Shown in pieces: positions 8,109 through 17,015 of a stretch of DNA of 39,768 nucleotides. Made by a program: the position numbers and the translations under genes. This DNA is from a virus. Position 1 is the stretch's first letter. Each line of letters opens with the position of its first letter. Location of the stretch: positions 1-39,768 of the IMG/VR virus record IMGVR_UViG_3300011270_000004. One strand, written 5' to 3'. The notes beneath the pieces are model-generated. The model worked only from the letters and a program-made list of their open reading frames with translations, made no database searches and had not been told where the DNA came from.

Positions 8109-11100
8109 TATGACAACATCTGACTTGGGTTCACTTCTAAAATAAAAGCATGTATTTCAATCTCAGCAAATTGTGATATTGGATTGCCACTATCATCTAC
8201 CGCCATCATCTGATCATCACTCAACCAAAAACCTACCTGCACAGTATCACCGATTAATGATGTATTTATTCTATGCCATATCTGTTGCTGATTATTATAA
8301 TTGGCCTGTTGTAAATTCGAATTAAATGGAGTTAACCCTAAATTTGTGCTTTCAGGGCATGTGAAAAGCACATTGCTATATATAAGAGCATTATTATCAA
8401 TACTATTAGATTGCATTGGTGACCCTATCGTATTTTGACTCAAAAACACCAGAAGAGTTATTTGTGCAGCATCTGTCGAATTTAATAAAAATTGCATGGG
8501 TCCTATTCGCGTTTTTCTTCCAAATTCCCAAGAAACTGGAAATTGCTTACTTTGTACAAATGGTACGTACATCCTAGTTATCACACCTAATCCTAAATAG
8601 ATAGAATCTGATGGTATTTGATCACCAGCTAATAAAAATGAATTTTGGCTGGGTTGAGAAATTTGAAATATGATGTTATTAATAAATGGACCTATCGTGC
8701 CAATAGCTCCAGTGATGATAATAAAATCACCCTCATTCAATGTATGAAATGGTGAATAGATCGTTGTATATGTCACTGAACCAATTGTTTGGATTGAAAT
8801 TGCCTCTATAATCAAAGAAGGAGGTTCTTGAGTCCCTTTTGAATCTTTAAGAAAAATATATCCTTGCTGATTTCCCGCAATAATTTGTGGTTGTCCCGCT
8901 GTTGCTAGTCCTGCATTCCACGGATCATTCCATTCAGCCCATGTAGGATATATACCGCCAATTGTTGCCCAGGTCCATCCTAGACCCACTCTAAACTGAC
9001 CATATGTTGTGAAACTCTCATTGAATATTGCCCATGAATTATCTCTATAATTGAAAAGCAACGTTTGAGAATTGAAGGGATTTTCCGTACCATCAAAATT
9101 CATCGCAGATTCATTTGAAGGATAACTGAAATATACCCATTCATTGATAAAATCACGTTGTCCAGTCATCCTAAAATTACCATTAATATCAGAATCCAAA
9201 TTGATCTGAAAAACCTGATCCAATATTGGCAAATCAATCCTAGACGCTGTCGTTTGATTCGAAATCGTGAATCCCCTTTTCCCATAATTAAGAACACCCG
9301 AATCTAAAATGATCGTCGAGAATGTTCCTGAAGTTCCCAATTCAGAATTCACAGAAAAGAATCCAAATGGCAGTAAATCATTTCCAGTATATACAAGTTT
9401 TGTCGAAATTGAAGGATCAAATCCAATGATAAGAGCATCTTGATTAGGTCCTGAGGTTGTTATAGGTAAATCAATACCAGCCGTAATAAAACCTCCAAAA
9501 CCGACAGAATCTGACCAATAAGCACCGGGAGTTGCTGTTTGATTAATTGGAACCAATATCGGAGTAAAATTAGTTTCAATGGATGCAGGATCACCACTAA
9601 AAGAAACCGTATAATAGGGCGTTCCATTCTGACTATAAACGATCGTATCTTGAAGATAAATAGGAAGAGCATTCGCAACACTCGTCTGCACCACAACCCC
9701 CATAAAAAGCAAACGATCTTTAAAAGGAACTATAAGTCGACATCCCACCAAATAATAAATTGCAGCTGGTAAATCCGCAATCGTCGTTATATTTTCTGAT
9801 AAAGGTGGCATAAAATTCACCCAACCCAATCCAGAACTTCCCGTAGGATCCCCATCATACCATCTAATATTATCCACTGCTGTATTCGATCTATTCGTCA
9901 AATATTGAATGATTCCTGGTGTATATGGCCCAGCACCCAATGTTGTGTTGATAAAAGTAATTGTAATAGTTTTTGTTGCTAATGGAGGAGTATTCGGAGC
10001 TGCTGCACTAACAAATCCTGTTTGAAAATTCAAAGTAGCATTATTTGCGCCCGTCCATTCATTCAGAAAAACAAAATCGCCAACTATTAAAGGACAATTG
10101 GTAATGGTCACTACCAATGTTGTTGCTGTATTACTAACATAAGTAATGGTGCCTTTAGGTGCAAACTGCATCCCTATAGTCTTTCCTGTAAATGGATTAT
10201 CAATTCCATTTGTCACCCACAATGCACCTTGATAATTCACAGAATAAAATTGCTGATAATTTTCTCCATTCCATGTCAATGGCGTCAAAGCAGCCTTTTG
10301 AATATAACCAGGATAAAAACCAGTAGAAGGACCTTTATAAAAACTCACATCGTCAATAGTCGTTGGAAAGTTATCCAAAAGGCTATATGCATATGTCGTA
10401 TCAAAAGCAACAGTAGATATATTTCCTGGCGATATAACAAAATCCTCTAATCCCATTACAGGCAAATTAGGATAATAAGAAAAAGTGCCGAAATAGGATG
10501 CAGGAGGCGCCAATCCCATCAATAAAATGATTCCAGAAGGATAATGAATGATTGTATGTGCAGATGGAGAACCATTTGCCAATAATGTGCCATCAGGAAT
10601 AACGGGTTCTGTATATACATTTCCAAGATTATCAGTTAAATTTATTGATCCTGGGACTATTGAAGGACCATTCACTAAACTTATAATTCCTGTACCAGGC
10701 GTATAAATACCAAATCCCGTTGAATTAACATTTAATGTCAATTGATTACCAACCTTGTTCAAGATTGTGTAATAACCATTGTTGATTTGCGTCATACCAA
10801 CAACGGCTTGAATATAGACAAGTTGTCCTATAATATAATCAATACCAACGACGCTAGTATATGTAACAACTGCATTTGTAGCATTTGTGATATTTGTAAT
10901 AAAAATTGAATTTGGAGACAATTTTTGTGTACCAAAAACTACTTGTCCTAATAAATTTGACCAACCATTTATTAACGTTACTGAAGAACCTGAAGTTATT
11001 GTTATTTCTCTTTGAAGTATACCTAGAAAGGCATTTCCTCTTTTCCTTTTTATTCGACCTCTCCATTGATAAGCATTTACTAAAGTAGGAAATGAATCAT

Positions 11101-11170
11101 TGTCTATATTGAATGGCAACCGATCTGTTCTTAAACCTTTATCAATGGGTCCTACAACTATCTTTGGCAT
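8108..11170 (-). CDS. Large tail protein (podovirus tail-tubular-B / nozzle-like).
   Basis: Track ORF, 1020 aa. The N-terminus GLRTDRLPFNIDNDSFPTLVNAYQWRGRIKRKRG resembles the conserved N-terminal motif of podovirus nozzle proteins, recalled from memory. Its size and its position after the capsid genes also fit. Confidence 0.55.
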   Translation of the reverse strand: MPKIVVGPIDKGLRTDRLPFNIDNDSFPTLVNAYQWRGRIKRKRGNAFLGILQREITITSGSSVTLINGWSNLLGQVVFGTQKLSPNSIFITNITNATNAVVTYTSVVGIDYIIGQLVYIQAVVGMTQINNGYYTILNKVGNQLTLNVNSTGFGIYTPGTGIISLVNGPSIVPGSINLTDNLGNVYTEPVIPDGTLLANGSPSAHTIIHYPSGIILLMGLAPPASYFGTFSYYPNLPVMGLEDFVISPGNISTVAFDTTYAYSLLDNFPTTIDDVSFYKGPSTGFYPGYIQKAALTPLTWNGENYQQFYSVNYQGALWVTNGIDNPFTGKTIGMQFAPKGTITYVSNTATTLVVTITNCPLIVGDFVFLNEWTGANNATLNFQTGFVSAAAPNTPPLATKTITITFINTTLGAGPYTPGIIQYLTNRSNTAVDNIRWYDGDPTGSSGLGWVNFMPPLSENITTIADLPAAIYYLVGCRLIVPFKDRLLFMGVVVQTSVANALPIYLQDTIVYSQNGTPYYTVSFSGDPASIETNFTPILVPINQTATPGAYWSDSVGFGGFITAGIDLPITTSGPNQDALIIGFDPSISTKLVYTGNDLLPFGFFSVNSELGTSGTFSTIILDSGVLNYGKRGFTISNQTTASRIDLPILDQVFQINLDSDINGNFRMTGQRDFINEWVYFSYPSNESAMNFDGTENPFNSQTLLFNYRDNSWAIFNESFTTYGQFRVGLGWTWATIGGIYPTWAEWNDPWNAGLATAGQPQIIAGNQQGYIFLKDSKGTQEPPSLIIEAISIQTIGSVTYTTIYSPFHTLNEGDFIIITGAIGTIGPFINNIIFQISQPSQNSFLLAGDQIPSDSIYLGLGVITRMYVPFVQSKQFPVSWEFGRKTRIGPMQFLLNSTDAAQITLLVFLSQNTIGSPMQSNSIDNNALIYSNVLFTCPESTNLGLTPFNSNLQQANYNNQQQIWHRINTSLIGDTVQVGFWLSDDQMMAVDDSGNPISQFAEIEIHAFILEVNPSQMLS

Positions 11171-11775
11171 TAATTACCTATAGCAATCCAGGATACTGTT
11201 ATATTTGCCGATATTGCATTAGGGCCTATTCGCACTGAAAATTGTGTATTACTGGGAGGATTATTAGCACTAAGTGTATCATTAGATCCACCAGGAGAAT
11301 CAAATTGTCGATCATAAGTGACAACGAAAAGATTAGTAAATGGAACAGGAAAAGTTACAGTAAAAAGATTACCAGGTGACGTAGTTGGAGGAACAGAATT
11401 AGTTCCCCATTGCAAAAAAATACCTCCTAGCAAGTATGTAAATCCATTAGCATTATTTAAAAAATTCGGTCCTGTTGGACTCAATCGAGAAACTACTCCA
11501 GAAGTTGACTCAAAAAAAAGTTGCAGATTTCCAGCAATAGTTTTCGTATACAATTGCCCTGCTGTTGTAATTACAGAAGGATCTGTATTCAATGGTGCCT
11601 GAGTTATATGAATAACATTGTGATAACCACCTGTTGGCGCCGTATTAAACCCAATATGATCAACTGCGATTAAATTACTGATCGAGTTGAAATTTGTCTG
11701 CATTTTGGGTTGATCTGAAGATGGATTGTTATTTGCTGCCGGGATACCCGTTACATAATCAAAAGGACCACTCAT
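11170..11775 (-). CDS. Tail structural protein.
   Basis: Track ORF, 201 aa, translationally coupled to the 1020-aa gene (shared base 11170). Confidence 0.55.
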   Translation of the reverse strand: MSGPFDYVTGIPAANNNPSSDQPKMQTNFNSISNLIAVDHIGFNTAPTGGYHNVIHITQAPLNTDPSVITTAGQLYTKTIAGNLQLFFESTSGVVSRLSPTGPNFLNNANGFTYLLGGIFLQWGTNSVPPTTSPGNLFTVTFPVPFTNLFVVTYDRQFDSPGGSNDTLSANNPPSNTQFSVRIGPNAISANITVSWIAIGN

Positions 11776-11790
11776 AAATTATTCATACCT

Positions 11791-13026
11791 TTACAATGTT
11801 GAGCCACCCAGATTGTTGAATCCGGATTGACCTTGATTAATACCTTGTGAATAGATTGTCTGCGTTCTTGAGGCCGTAAATTGCCTTTGTGATCGTTTCC
11901 AAACCAATAATTCTTGTTCTTTAAATAAAGGTTCGTAGAAATTGAATTGTTCAATATCTCCCGTATCTGAAAGAATCTTTCTAGCAGCTCCACGTGCAAT
12001 ATATTCACACATATAAGCAAATTGAATAGATTGACCTATTGCTAAAAAACCAGCAGGAGATAAGTACGCATCCAATTCAACAAGATATTGCTGATCTGGA
12101 GGACTCCGTAGAATAATAGTATTGTTCCAAAAAAGGAGGCCACGAGGCAAACCACATTGAAAAAGGAAACATTGCGCATTGATATTAACTCCTGGTGGTA
12201 TGTTAATCGGAAATGTGACATTTATTTGACCTGTGAAATAGTTGACAGTATTTAAAGTCGTACTATATCCACCGGATAAAACAATATTTGGATTCCCTTG
12301 TGTCCCTTGTGTCATCAACAGACCATAGTTTTGATTTCCTGTTAAAAATGTTCCGCTATCTGACACAACAACATTCGAACCATCAGCCCCATTACTTGTA
12401 ATAAATACAGCTGGAAATACATTTGCAGGCGGTATTGCAGGAATAATAGTTGATGATTGTCCAGATGTTACAATAGGAGGATCTTGATAATTGGGAGACA
12501 AAACCATTGTATTTGCTATTGCCATAATCCCTTGAATGTCAACATGACCCCTCAAAATATATTGAAAGGGTGTTGTAATCGGATTACTGTTGTTTGGAGC
12601 TATCGGAAATGTAAAAGAATAGGTCTTCCCTCCATTTCCAACAGTCACAACATTCATCTGTTGAACAATATTCGGCCATATATTGAAAAATGTTGTCTTA
12701 TCCGTCTGAAAAGGCACTTGAATACCATTTACAAAAACGGGATCAAGAAATCCTTGATACACAGGATAATAACTAATTGAAGGCTGTAAAGGATTTGTTC
12801 CCGACGATTGCTGAAGACCATACAAAGGCATATTGTATTGATCATACCCCGGAGAAGTTTGAAACTGATATTTTGTCTTAAGATCAAACAATTGAATTCT
12901 AGCATCGACATCTATAATCCAAAATCGATTGATATAATCCACTATCAAAGAATCAGTCAAAACGATATTTGATGGAGTCTTGACAAGTCTACGAACATAC
13001 GTAATTATGTCTGATAATAAATTCAC
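11791..13026 (-). CDS. Tail/adaptor structural protein.
   Basis: Track ORF, 411 aa, with a GTG start preceded by AAGGA. It sits between the capsid-accessory genes and the tail genes. Confidence 0.55.
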   Translation of the reverse strand: MNLLSDIITYVRRLVKTPSNIVLTDSLIVDYINRFWIIDVDARIQLFDLKTKYQFQTSPGYDQYNMPLYGLQQSSGTNPLQPSISYYPVYQGFLDPVFVNGIQVPFQTDKTTFFNIWPNIVQQMNVVTVGNGGKTYSFTFPIAPNNSNPITTPFQYILRGHVDIQGIMAIANTMVLSPNYQDPPIVTSGQSSTIIPAIPPANVFPAVFITSNGADGSNVVVSDSGTFLTGNQNYGLLMTQGTQGNPNIVLSGGYSTTLNTVNYFTGQINVTFPINIPPGVNINAQCFLFQCGLPRGLLFWNNTIILRSPPDQQYLVELDAYLSPAGFLAIGQSIQFAYMCEYIARGAARKILSDTGDIEQFNFYEPLFKEQELLVWKRSQRQFTASRTQTIYSQGINQGQSGFNNLGGSTL

Positions 13027-13062
13027 TTAAAGCATCCTTGCTTTGTAAAGCGGCTTTACATT

Positions 13063-13623
13063 TTATCTCATCGAAAATTGACGACGTGTTGTAACAGGCC
13101 TTGCAGATATCCTATGAGTATATTCATCGACGACAAGTGTTCCATAATATGTATTGCCGTTAGAATCTGTATTTGTTGGTCTATCTTGTGTTTTTAAACG
13201 ATGATATCCACAACCATTCTCAAGCTTATCTGCAACATATTTTGGTATCCATACAGGTTTCCCAGATGGTATAACCCAAAATTCAGCAGGAATACCAGCA
13301 AAACCCTTTGTCCACATTTCAATAGAATCGCCCTTACATTCTTCATGTTGAACAGTATAATGGACATATTTTCTAGCCTCATTATATTGGTCTCGATAAT
13401 TCTCATTAAATTTCTCACGACACATAATCGTTCTTTGAGGCTTCAAATATATATCAGGGGCTTTTTCAATTTCTTTTGAAGATATTTTATGTTCGGGATA
13501 TTCAGTAGCTTTGCTTCTTTCAGCAACTACAGCTTTAACATCATTTTCAAAGTTTTCTAATTGTTTTTCGGCGCGATCAAGTTCTTTTTGGCCGTCAGAA
13601 TTAATAGATGGCTTCCCTGCCAT
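13063..13623 (-). CDS. Hypothetical structural-module protein.
   Basis: Track ORF, 186 aa, with SD AGGGAGG 5 nt upstream of the ATG. Confidence 0.55.
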   Translation of the reverse strand: MAGKPSINSDGQKELDRAEKQLENFENDVKAVVAERSKATEYPEHKISSKEIEKAPDIYLKPQRTIMCREKFNENYRDQYNEARKYVHYTVQHEECKGDSIEMWTKGFAGIPAEFWVIPSGKPVWIPKYVADKLENGCGYHRLKTQDRPTNTDSNGNTYYGTLVVDEYTHRISARPVTTRRQFSMR

Positions 13624-13710
13624 AATAGCCTCCCTGCTAAATTTTGAAATTAGCTTCCTGCTAATCTATATTTTGAATTTACCATCAAATATTTCTTTTG
13701 TCACTCTCTA

Positions 13711-14127
13711 TTAAGAGATATTTATAAATGATCCTTGTACGTATGTAGTAACTTTTGGTCCATTTGCATTTGTTTGACCATTATTGATATCTCCAATTGC
13801 CAATATCTGAGGCTGATTTGCTGCTAATGATGAAACAAATTGATCTACATTTTGATATGAATTTATATTAATCTCAACTTGATTGGCTGCTGGCAATGAC
13901 AAAACAATTCCTTGCTGCCCATTCAACTGCCTACATCCATTAGATGGAGGAATTACCAATTTTACTTGCTGACCTATCACGTAATTATTATTCACAAGTG
14001 TCGTCACAAATGTTGTCGATCCTAACGTAATAGCTGAAATAAAAAATTGACTAGGTTGATAGTTCTGAGGTGCAATATTTACATTGCTATATGGCGGAAC
14101 TGGACCCTGAATAGCTGGTGTTGACAT
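13711..14127 (-). CDS. Small structural protein with one beta-barrel domain shared with 14197..15375 (decoration-like).
   Basis: Track ORF, 138 aa. FFISAITLGSTTFVTT...GQQVKLVIPPSNGCRQLNG parallels FISAITLGNTTTITTT...GQEVAFRIPTLWGTTQLNS in the upstream gene. Confidence 0.55.
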   Translation of the reverse strand: MSTPAIQGPVPPYSNVNIAPQNYQPSQFFISAITLGSTTFVTTLVNNNYVIGQQVKLVIPPSNGCRQLNGQQGIVLSLPAANQVEININSYQNVDQFVSSLAANQPQILAIGDINNGQTNANGPKVTTYVQGSFINIS

Positions 14128-14155
14128 AGTTTATACTCACTTATACTCACTTTTA

Positions 14156-14184
14156 GGTATAAAGGAAGGGGACATTTTGTCCCC
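14156..14184 (-). terminator. Candidate intrinsic terminator/attenuator after the 392-aa gene.
   Basis: In minus sense: GGGGAC-AAAAU-GUCCCC followed by UUCCUUUAUACC. It lies in the 69-nt gap between 14197 and 14127. Confidence 0.4.
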
Positions 14185-14196
14185 AACCTAAAAATA

Positions 14197-15375
14197 TTAG
14201 GGTGAAGAAAAATCATGAAGATAAGCTCTCCATTCCATTCTATCACCATTTGAACCACCTACCCAACTAGATGTATCTGTTCGGCTAGCAGAAGCCCCGA
14301 TGATAAATCCTTGACTAGTATTGTTCACAAAAGCACCTCTTATAGCTGGTCCGTTTATAGTCCCAACTCTATTTGTAGAAGTCGGGAATATTGGTGGAGG
14401 ATATAAGGTCGAATTATCGATAATACCAATAGGTTCCCCACCAGTATTTACATCACCAACAGACAAAACCTGTGCATATGTCAAACCAGACAATGTCGCA
14501 GCTGTCATTAAAAAATTATTTGTAAACGCTGTATAGGCAGAAGAATTGATATTAACTACAAATGTCCAATTATCTGTTACTGAAACAACATATCCATAGA
14601 TCGGAGATCCTGGAATTATGACATTAGGCAGCGAATTTAATTGTGTAGTCCCCCAAAGAGTTGGGATTCTAAACGCAACTTCCTGACCAGTCAAAAAGTT
14701 GTGATACATAGTTGTAGTTATTGTTGTAGTATTGCCAAGTGTAATTGCTGAGATAAAGTTATCTTCAGGCAAATACAGAAATGGATACAACACTTTTCTT
14801 ACTAATGAAGCAGCAGTGAAACCACTATTAACATATTGACTACCGCTTGCATCCCATTTAATGGTAAATGTAGTGGATGTAACAGCACTAATTGTAAATG
14901 GAACACCATTTAGCAATTGCATATTGTTTGTGGTTGCTAATGCAATACCTTGCATAATCACAGTATCACCTACTGAATAACCATGAGCTGCACTAGTTGT
15001 TACAACAGCCGGATTTGCTGCTGTAATACCTGTAATTGTAAATGTAGGCCCAAATTGTTGAGACAATCCAGCAGAAAACACACTAATTCCACCACCAACT
15101 TTAACAGAATCAGTAGTCATTGCCGTTGCTCCTGAAAAGATATCAACGATAGTGTCATACTGAACGCTGCTTATAGTAACTGGAACAACACTCGCATCCC
15201 AAAATGCAAATGGGATACCATGTGTTGCGGGTGTAATCGCCTGTGTATAATTAATTAGTTCTACATAATCGGGTTTAAAAGGTAAATTAATTACCTTTAC
15301 ACTAGGTGCAGATACACCCAATGTACCACCTGATACAACATAATTACCTTTCGCCATTCTAGAATATTCAGTCAT
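14197..15375 (-). CDS. Structural protein with repeated beta-barrel domains (capsid decoration / head-fibre candidate).
   Basis: Track ORF, 392 aa, immediately downstream of the MCP. It contains ITGITAANPAVVTTSAAHGYSVGDTVIMQGI...LLNG-type repeats, which are common in phage decoration-like proteins (recalled from memory). Confidence 0.55.
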   Translation of the reverse strand: MTEYSRMAKGNYVVSGGTLGVSAPSVKVINLPFKPDYVELINYTQAITPATHGIPFAFWDASVVPVTISSVQYDTIVDIFSGATAMTTDSVKVGGGISVFSAGLSQQFGPTFTITGITAANPAVVTTSAAHGYSVGDTVIMQGIALATTNNMQLLNGVPFTISAVTSTTFTIKWDASGSQYVNSGFTAASLVRKVLYPFLYLPEDNFISAITLGNTTTITTTMYHNFLTGQEVAFRIPTLWGTTQLNSLPNVIIPGSPIYGYVVSVTDNWTFVVNINSSAYTAFTNNFLMTAATLSGLTYAQVLSVGDVNTGGEPIGIIDNSTLYPPPIFPTSTNRVGTINGPAIRGAFVNNTSQGFIIGASASRTDTSSWVGGSNGDRMEWRAYLHDFSSP

Positions 15376-15376
15376 A

Positions 15377-16063
15377 TTACACCACCAAATTTGTTAGACG
15401 TGTTGCAACTGAAATTCTAATAGCTGTATCTTGCGTAATCGCTTGCGCTTGCGCAAATTTAACAGCTAAAGTGGCATTTTGAGCCAACATTCCAGAATAA
15501 TAAGGATCACGATAAATCAGATTCATGGAATATCCATCCTGATTTATGTGAGTAACCGCTTGTTTACCAAGAACTGGACTATAATAAAGGTCATTGCCTT
15601 TGGGAGATATTCCGCGAGCAACTGCCGATTCTGAACTTGTCAAAATACGGATGTTAAATACAGCACCATATTCAGATGGTAATGCAGAGGCATTTGTTGG
15701 GTAATTCCATTGATTTAGGAAATTACCTGTAGAAGTCCCCGATAGATTATCAAAATCGCTTTGTAACTCAGTTGACGTTAGCATAAAATAGGCTGAACGT
15801 ACTGGGCCTGTACCGAAGCGATCCATACCTTCAATACCTGACATAAATTTATAGGCATTGTTAGTATCAAGTGTCGTGGCTAAAAGCGAAAAATCACTTG
15901 CAGCATAATTAGTAGGATTATCACCATTTGAACCTCCTCCGGCAAATATTTCGGAAGCGGCTGAAATCATGTAATCGCGAAGGATCAAATCCTCAGCCTG
16001 TCTCATTGCCACAGCTAAACGCTCTGACACCCAGGCTAAAACACCTTCTTGATCTTGTAGAAT
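15377..16063 (-). CDS. Major capsid protein, exon 2 (228 codons plus stop).
   Basis: Track ORF 15377..16066 'starts' at a TTG that has no SD and lies 4 codons after an in-frame TAA. The sequence ILQDQEGVLAWVSERLAVAMRQAEDLILRDY...GPVRSAYFMLTS... is the central and C-terminal part of an HK97-fold MCP and lacks an N-terminal region. Confidence 0.75.
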   Translation of the reverse strand: MLQDQEGVLAWVSERLAVAMRQAEDLILRDYMISAASEIFAGGGSNGDNPTNYAASDFSLLATTLDTNNAYKFMSGIEGMDRFGTGPVRSAYFMLTSTELQSDFDNLSGTSTGNFLNQWNYPTNASALPSEYGAVFNIRILTSSESAVARGISPKGNDLYYSPVLGKQAVTHINQDGYSMNLIYRDPYYSGMLAQNATLAVKFAQAQAITQDTAIRISVATRLTNLVV

Positions 16064-16532
16064 CAATCTGTTACTTTATGACCAGTCGGTTACATTTTGT
16101 AACTAACTGGCGGGCCAAATCTTCTCAGCTAGCCTCACTATGTCTCCATAGTGTTCAGAGCACCGCATCATGGAAATCGATTCTTTATTGGCCAACCTTC
16201 ATCGGGTAAATGAGATGGTCCATCATTTTTCTCCACGTCTTCTCGCTTGCTGCGTTCAGGCTGATCACATCGGAAAATAGGACAAGGTAAATAAGACCAA
16301 TAATCTATTCTCTTATAACATTCTTGATCCATTTTCATTATTCCACTAAATTCCGAAGGACATATAGAGCAAAAAACTCCTCGATCTGATTTATTAAGTA
16401 TTCCATATCTGCCTTTCCAAATAATTAATACATCCAAATCGTTTGGGATTTCAATTTGTTCTCTATCTATCCATATCATAATCTTGCCCCTTGTTGTCCG
16501 TCTACATATTATGCAGCGAGGAGTTCCAAGTC
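16064..16532 (-). mobile_element. Intervening element B: 469-nt group-I-like intron candidate carrying a 103-aa ORF.
   Basis: In minus sense it begins GACUUGGAACUCCUCGCUGC directly after ...CUGAUU and ends ...AAGUAACAGAUUG. It shares the 5' block (66 nt identical to 17221..17286) and structured 3' core motifs with element A. Confidence 0.6.
16168..16479 (-). CDS. Intron-B ORF, DUF551-like small protein.
   Basis: Track ORF, 103 aa, with SD AAGGGG upstream. MIWIDREQIEIPNDLDVLIIW...IDYWSYLPCP resembles the phage DUF551 pattern and the genomic paralogues at 17832..18056 and 20244..20468. Confidence 0.55.
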   Translation of the reverse strand: MIWIDREQIEIPNDLDVLIIWKGRYGILNKSDRGVFCSICPSEFSGIMKMDQECYKRIDYWSYLPCPIFRCDQPERSKREDVEKNDGPSHLPDEGWPIKNRFP

Positions 16533-16592
16533 AATCAGAGAAGATTTATACAGGTCAATCTATTTAACCTGTTCATTTATTATACAACCAGT
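16533..16592 (-). other. 60-nt pseudo-exon between elements A and B.
   Basis: Its last 15 nt, aaatcttctctgatt, are identical to the last 15 nt of MCP exon 1. Read in the exon-1 phase it gives TGCIINEQVK followed by TAG. Confidence 0.6.
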
Positions 16593-16662
16593 CAATCTGT
16601 TACTTATAGACCATTTTCGTGACTTAACGAAAATGGCGGATAGGTCTTCTCAGCCTATCTCT

Positions 16663-16974
16663 CTATGTTTCCATAGAGTTCAGAGCACCGCATTCGCAAT
16701 TTATATCTTTGTAATTTACACAACAAATATCACATAATTTACGATCTTCTCGCTTGCTACGTTCAGGCTGATCTAAGAACTCGCCTTTTAATTCAGCTAT
16801 AAAGAAATCATTAATAAATTCTAAAATTAAACAATATTCTGTCGAATCGGGCCAATAGCCTTCTTTTAGAAATTTAATCATTTCTTGTCTTATTTCTTGC
16901 CCCTTGTTGTCCGTCAACATGTTTATATAATTCATAGATTCCTTTTCAAAATCTGAAATATTAATTTCAATCAT
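16663..16974 (-). CDS. Intron-A ORF 2 (103 aa), function unknown.
   Basis: Track ORF. The C-terminal 35 aa, QPERSKREDRKLCDICCVNYKDINCECGALNSMET, are identical to those of ORF 17016..17219 because both read through the duplicated RNA-core block. Confidence 0.45.
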   Translation of the reverse strand: MIEINISDFEKESMNYINMLTDNKGQEIRQEMIKFLKEGYWPDSTEYCLILEFINDFFIAELKGEFLDQPERSKREDRKLCDICCVNYKDINCECGALNSMET

Positions 16975-17015
16975 GCAGCGAGGAGTTCCAAGTCAAGCGG
17001 ATAGGTCTTCTCAAC

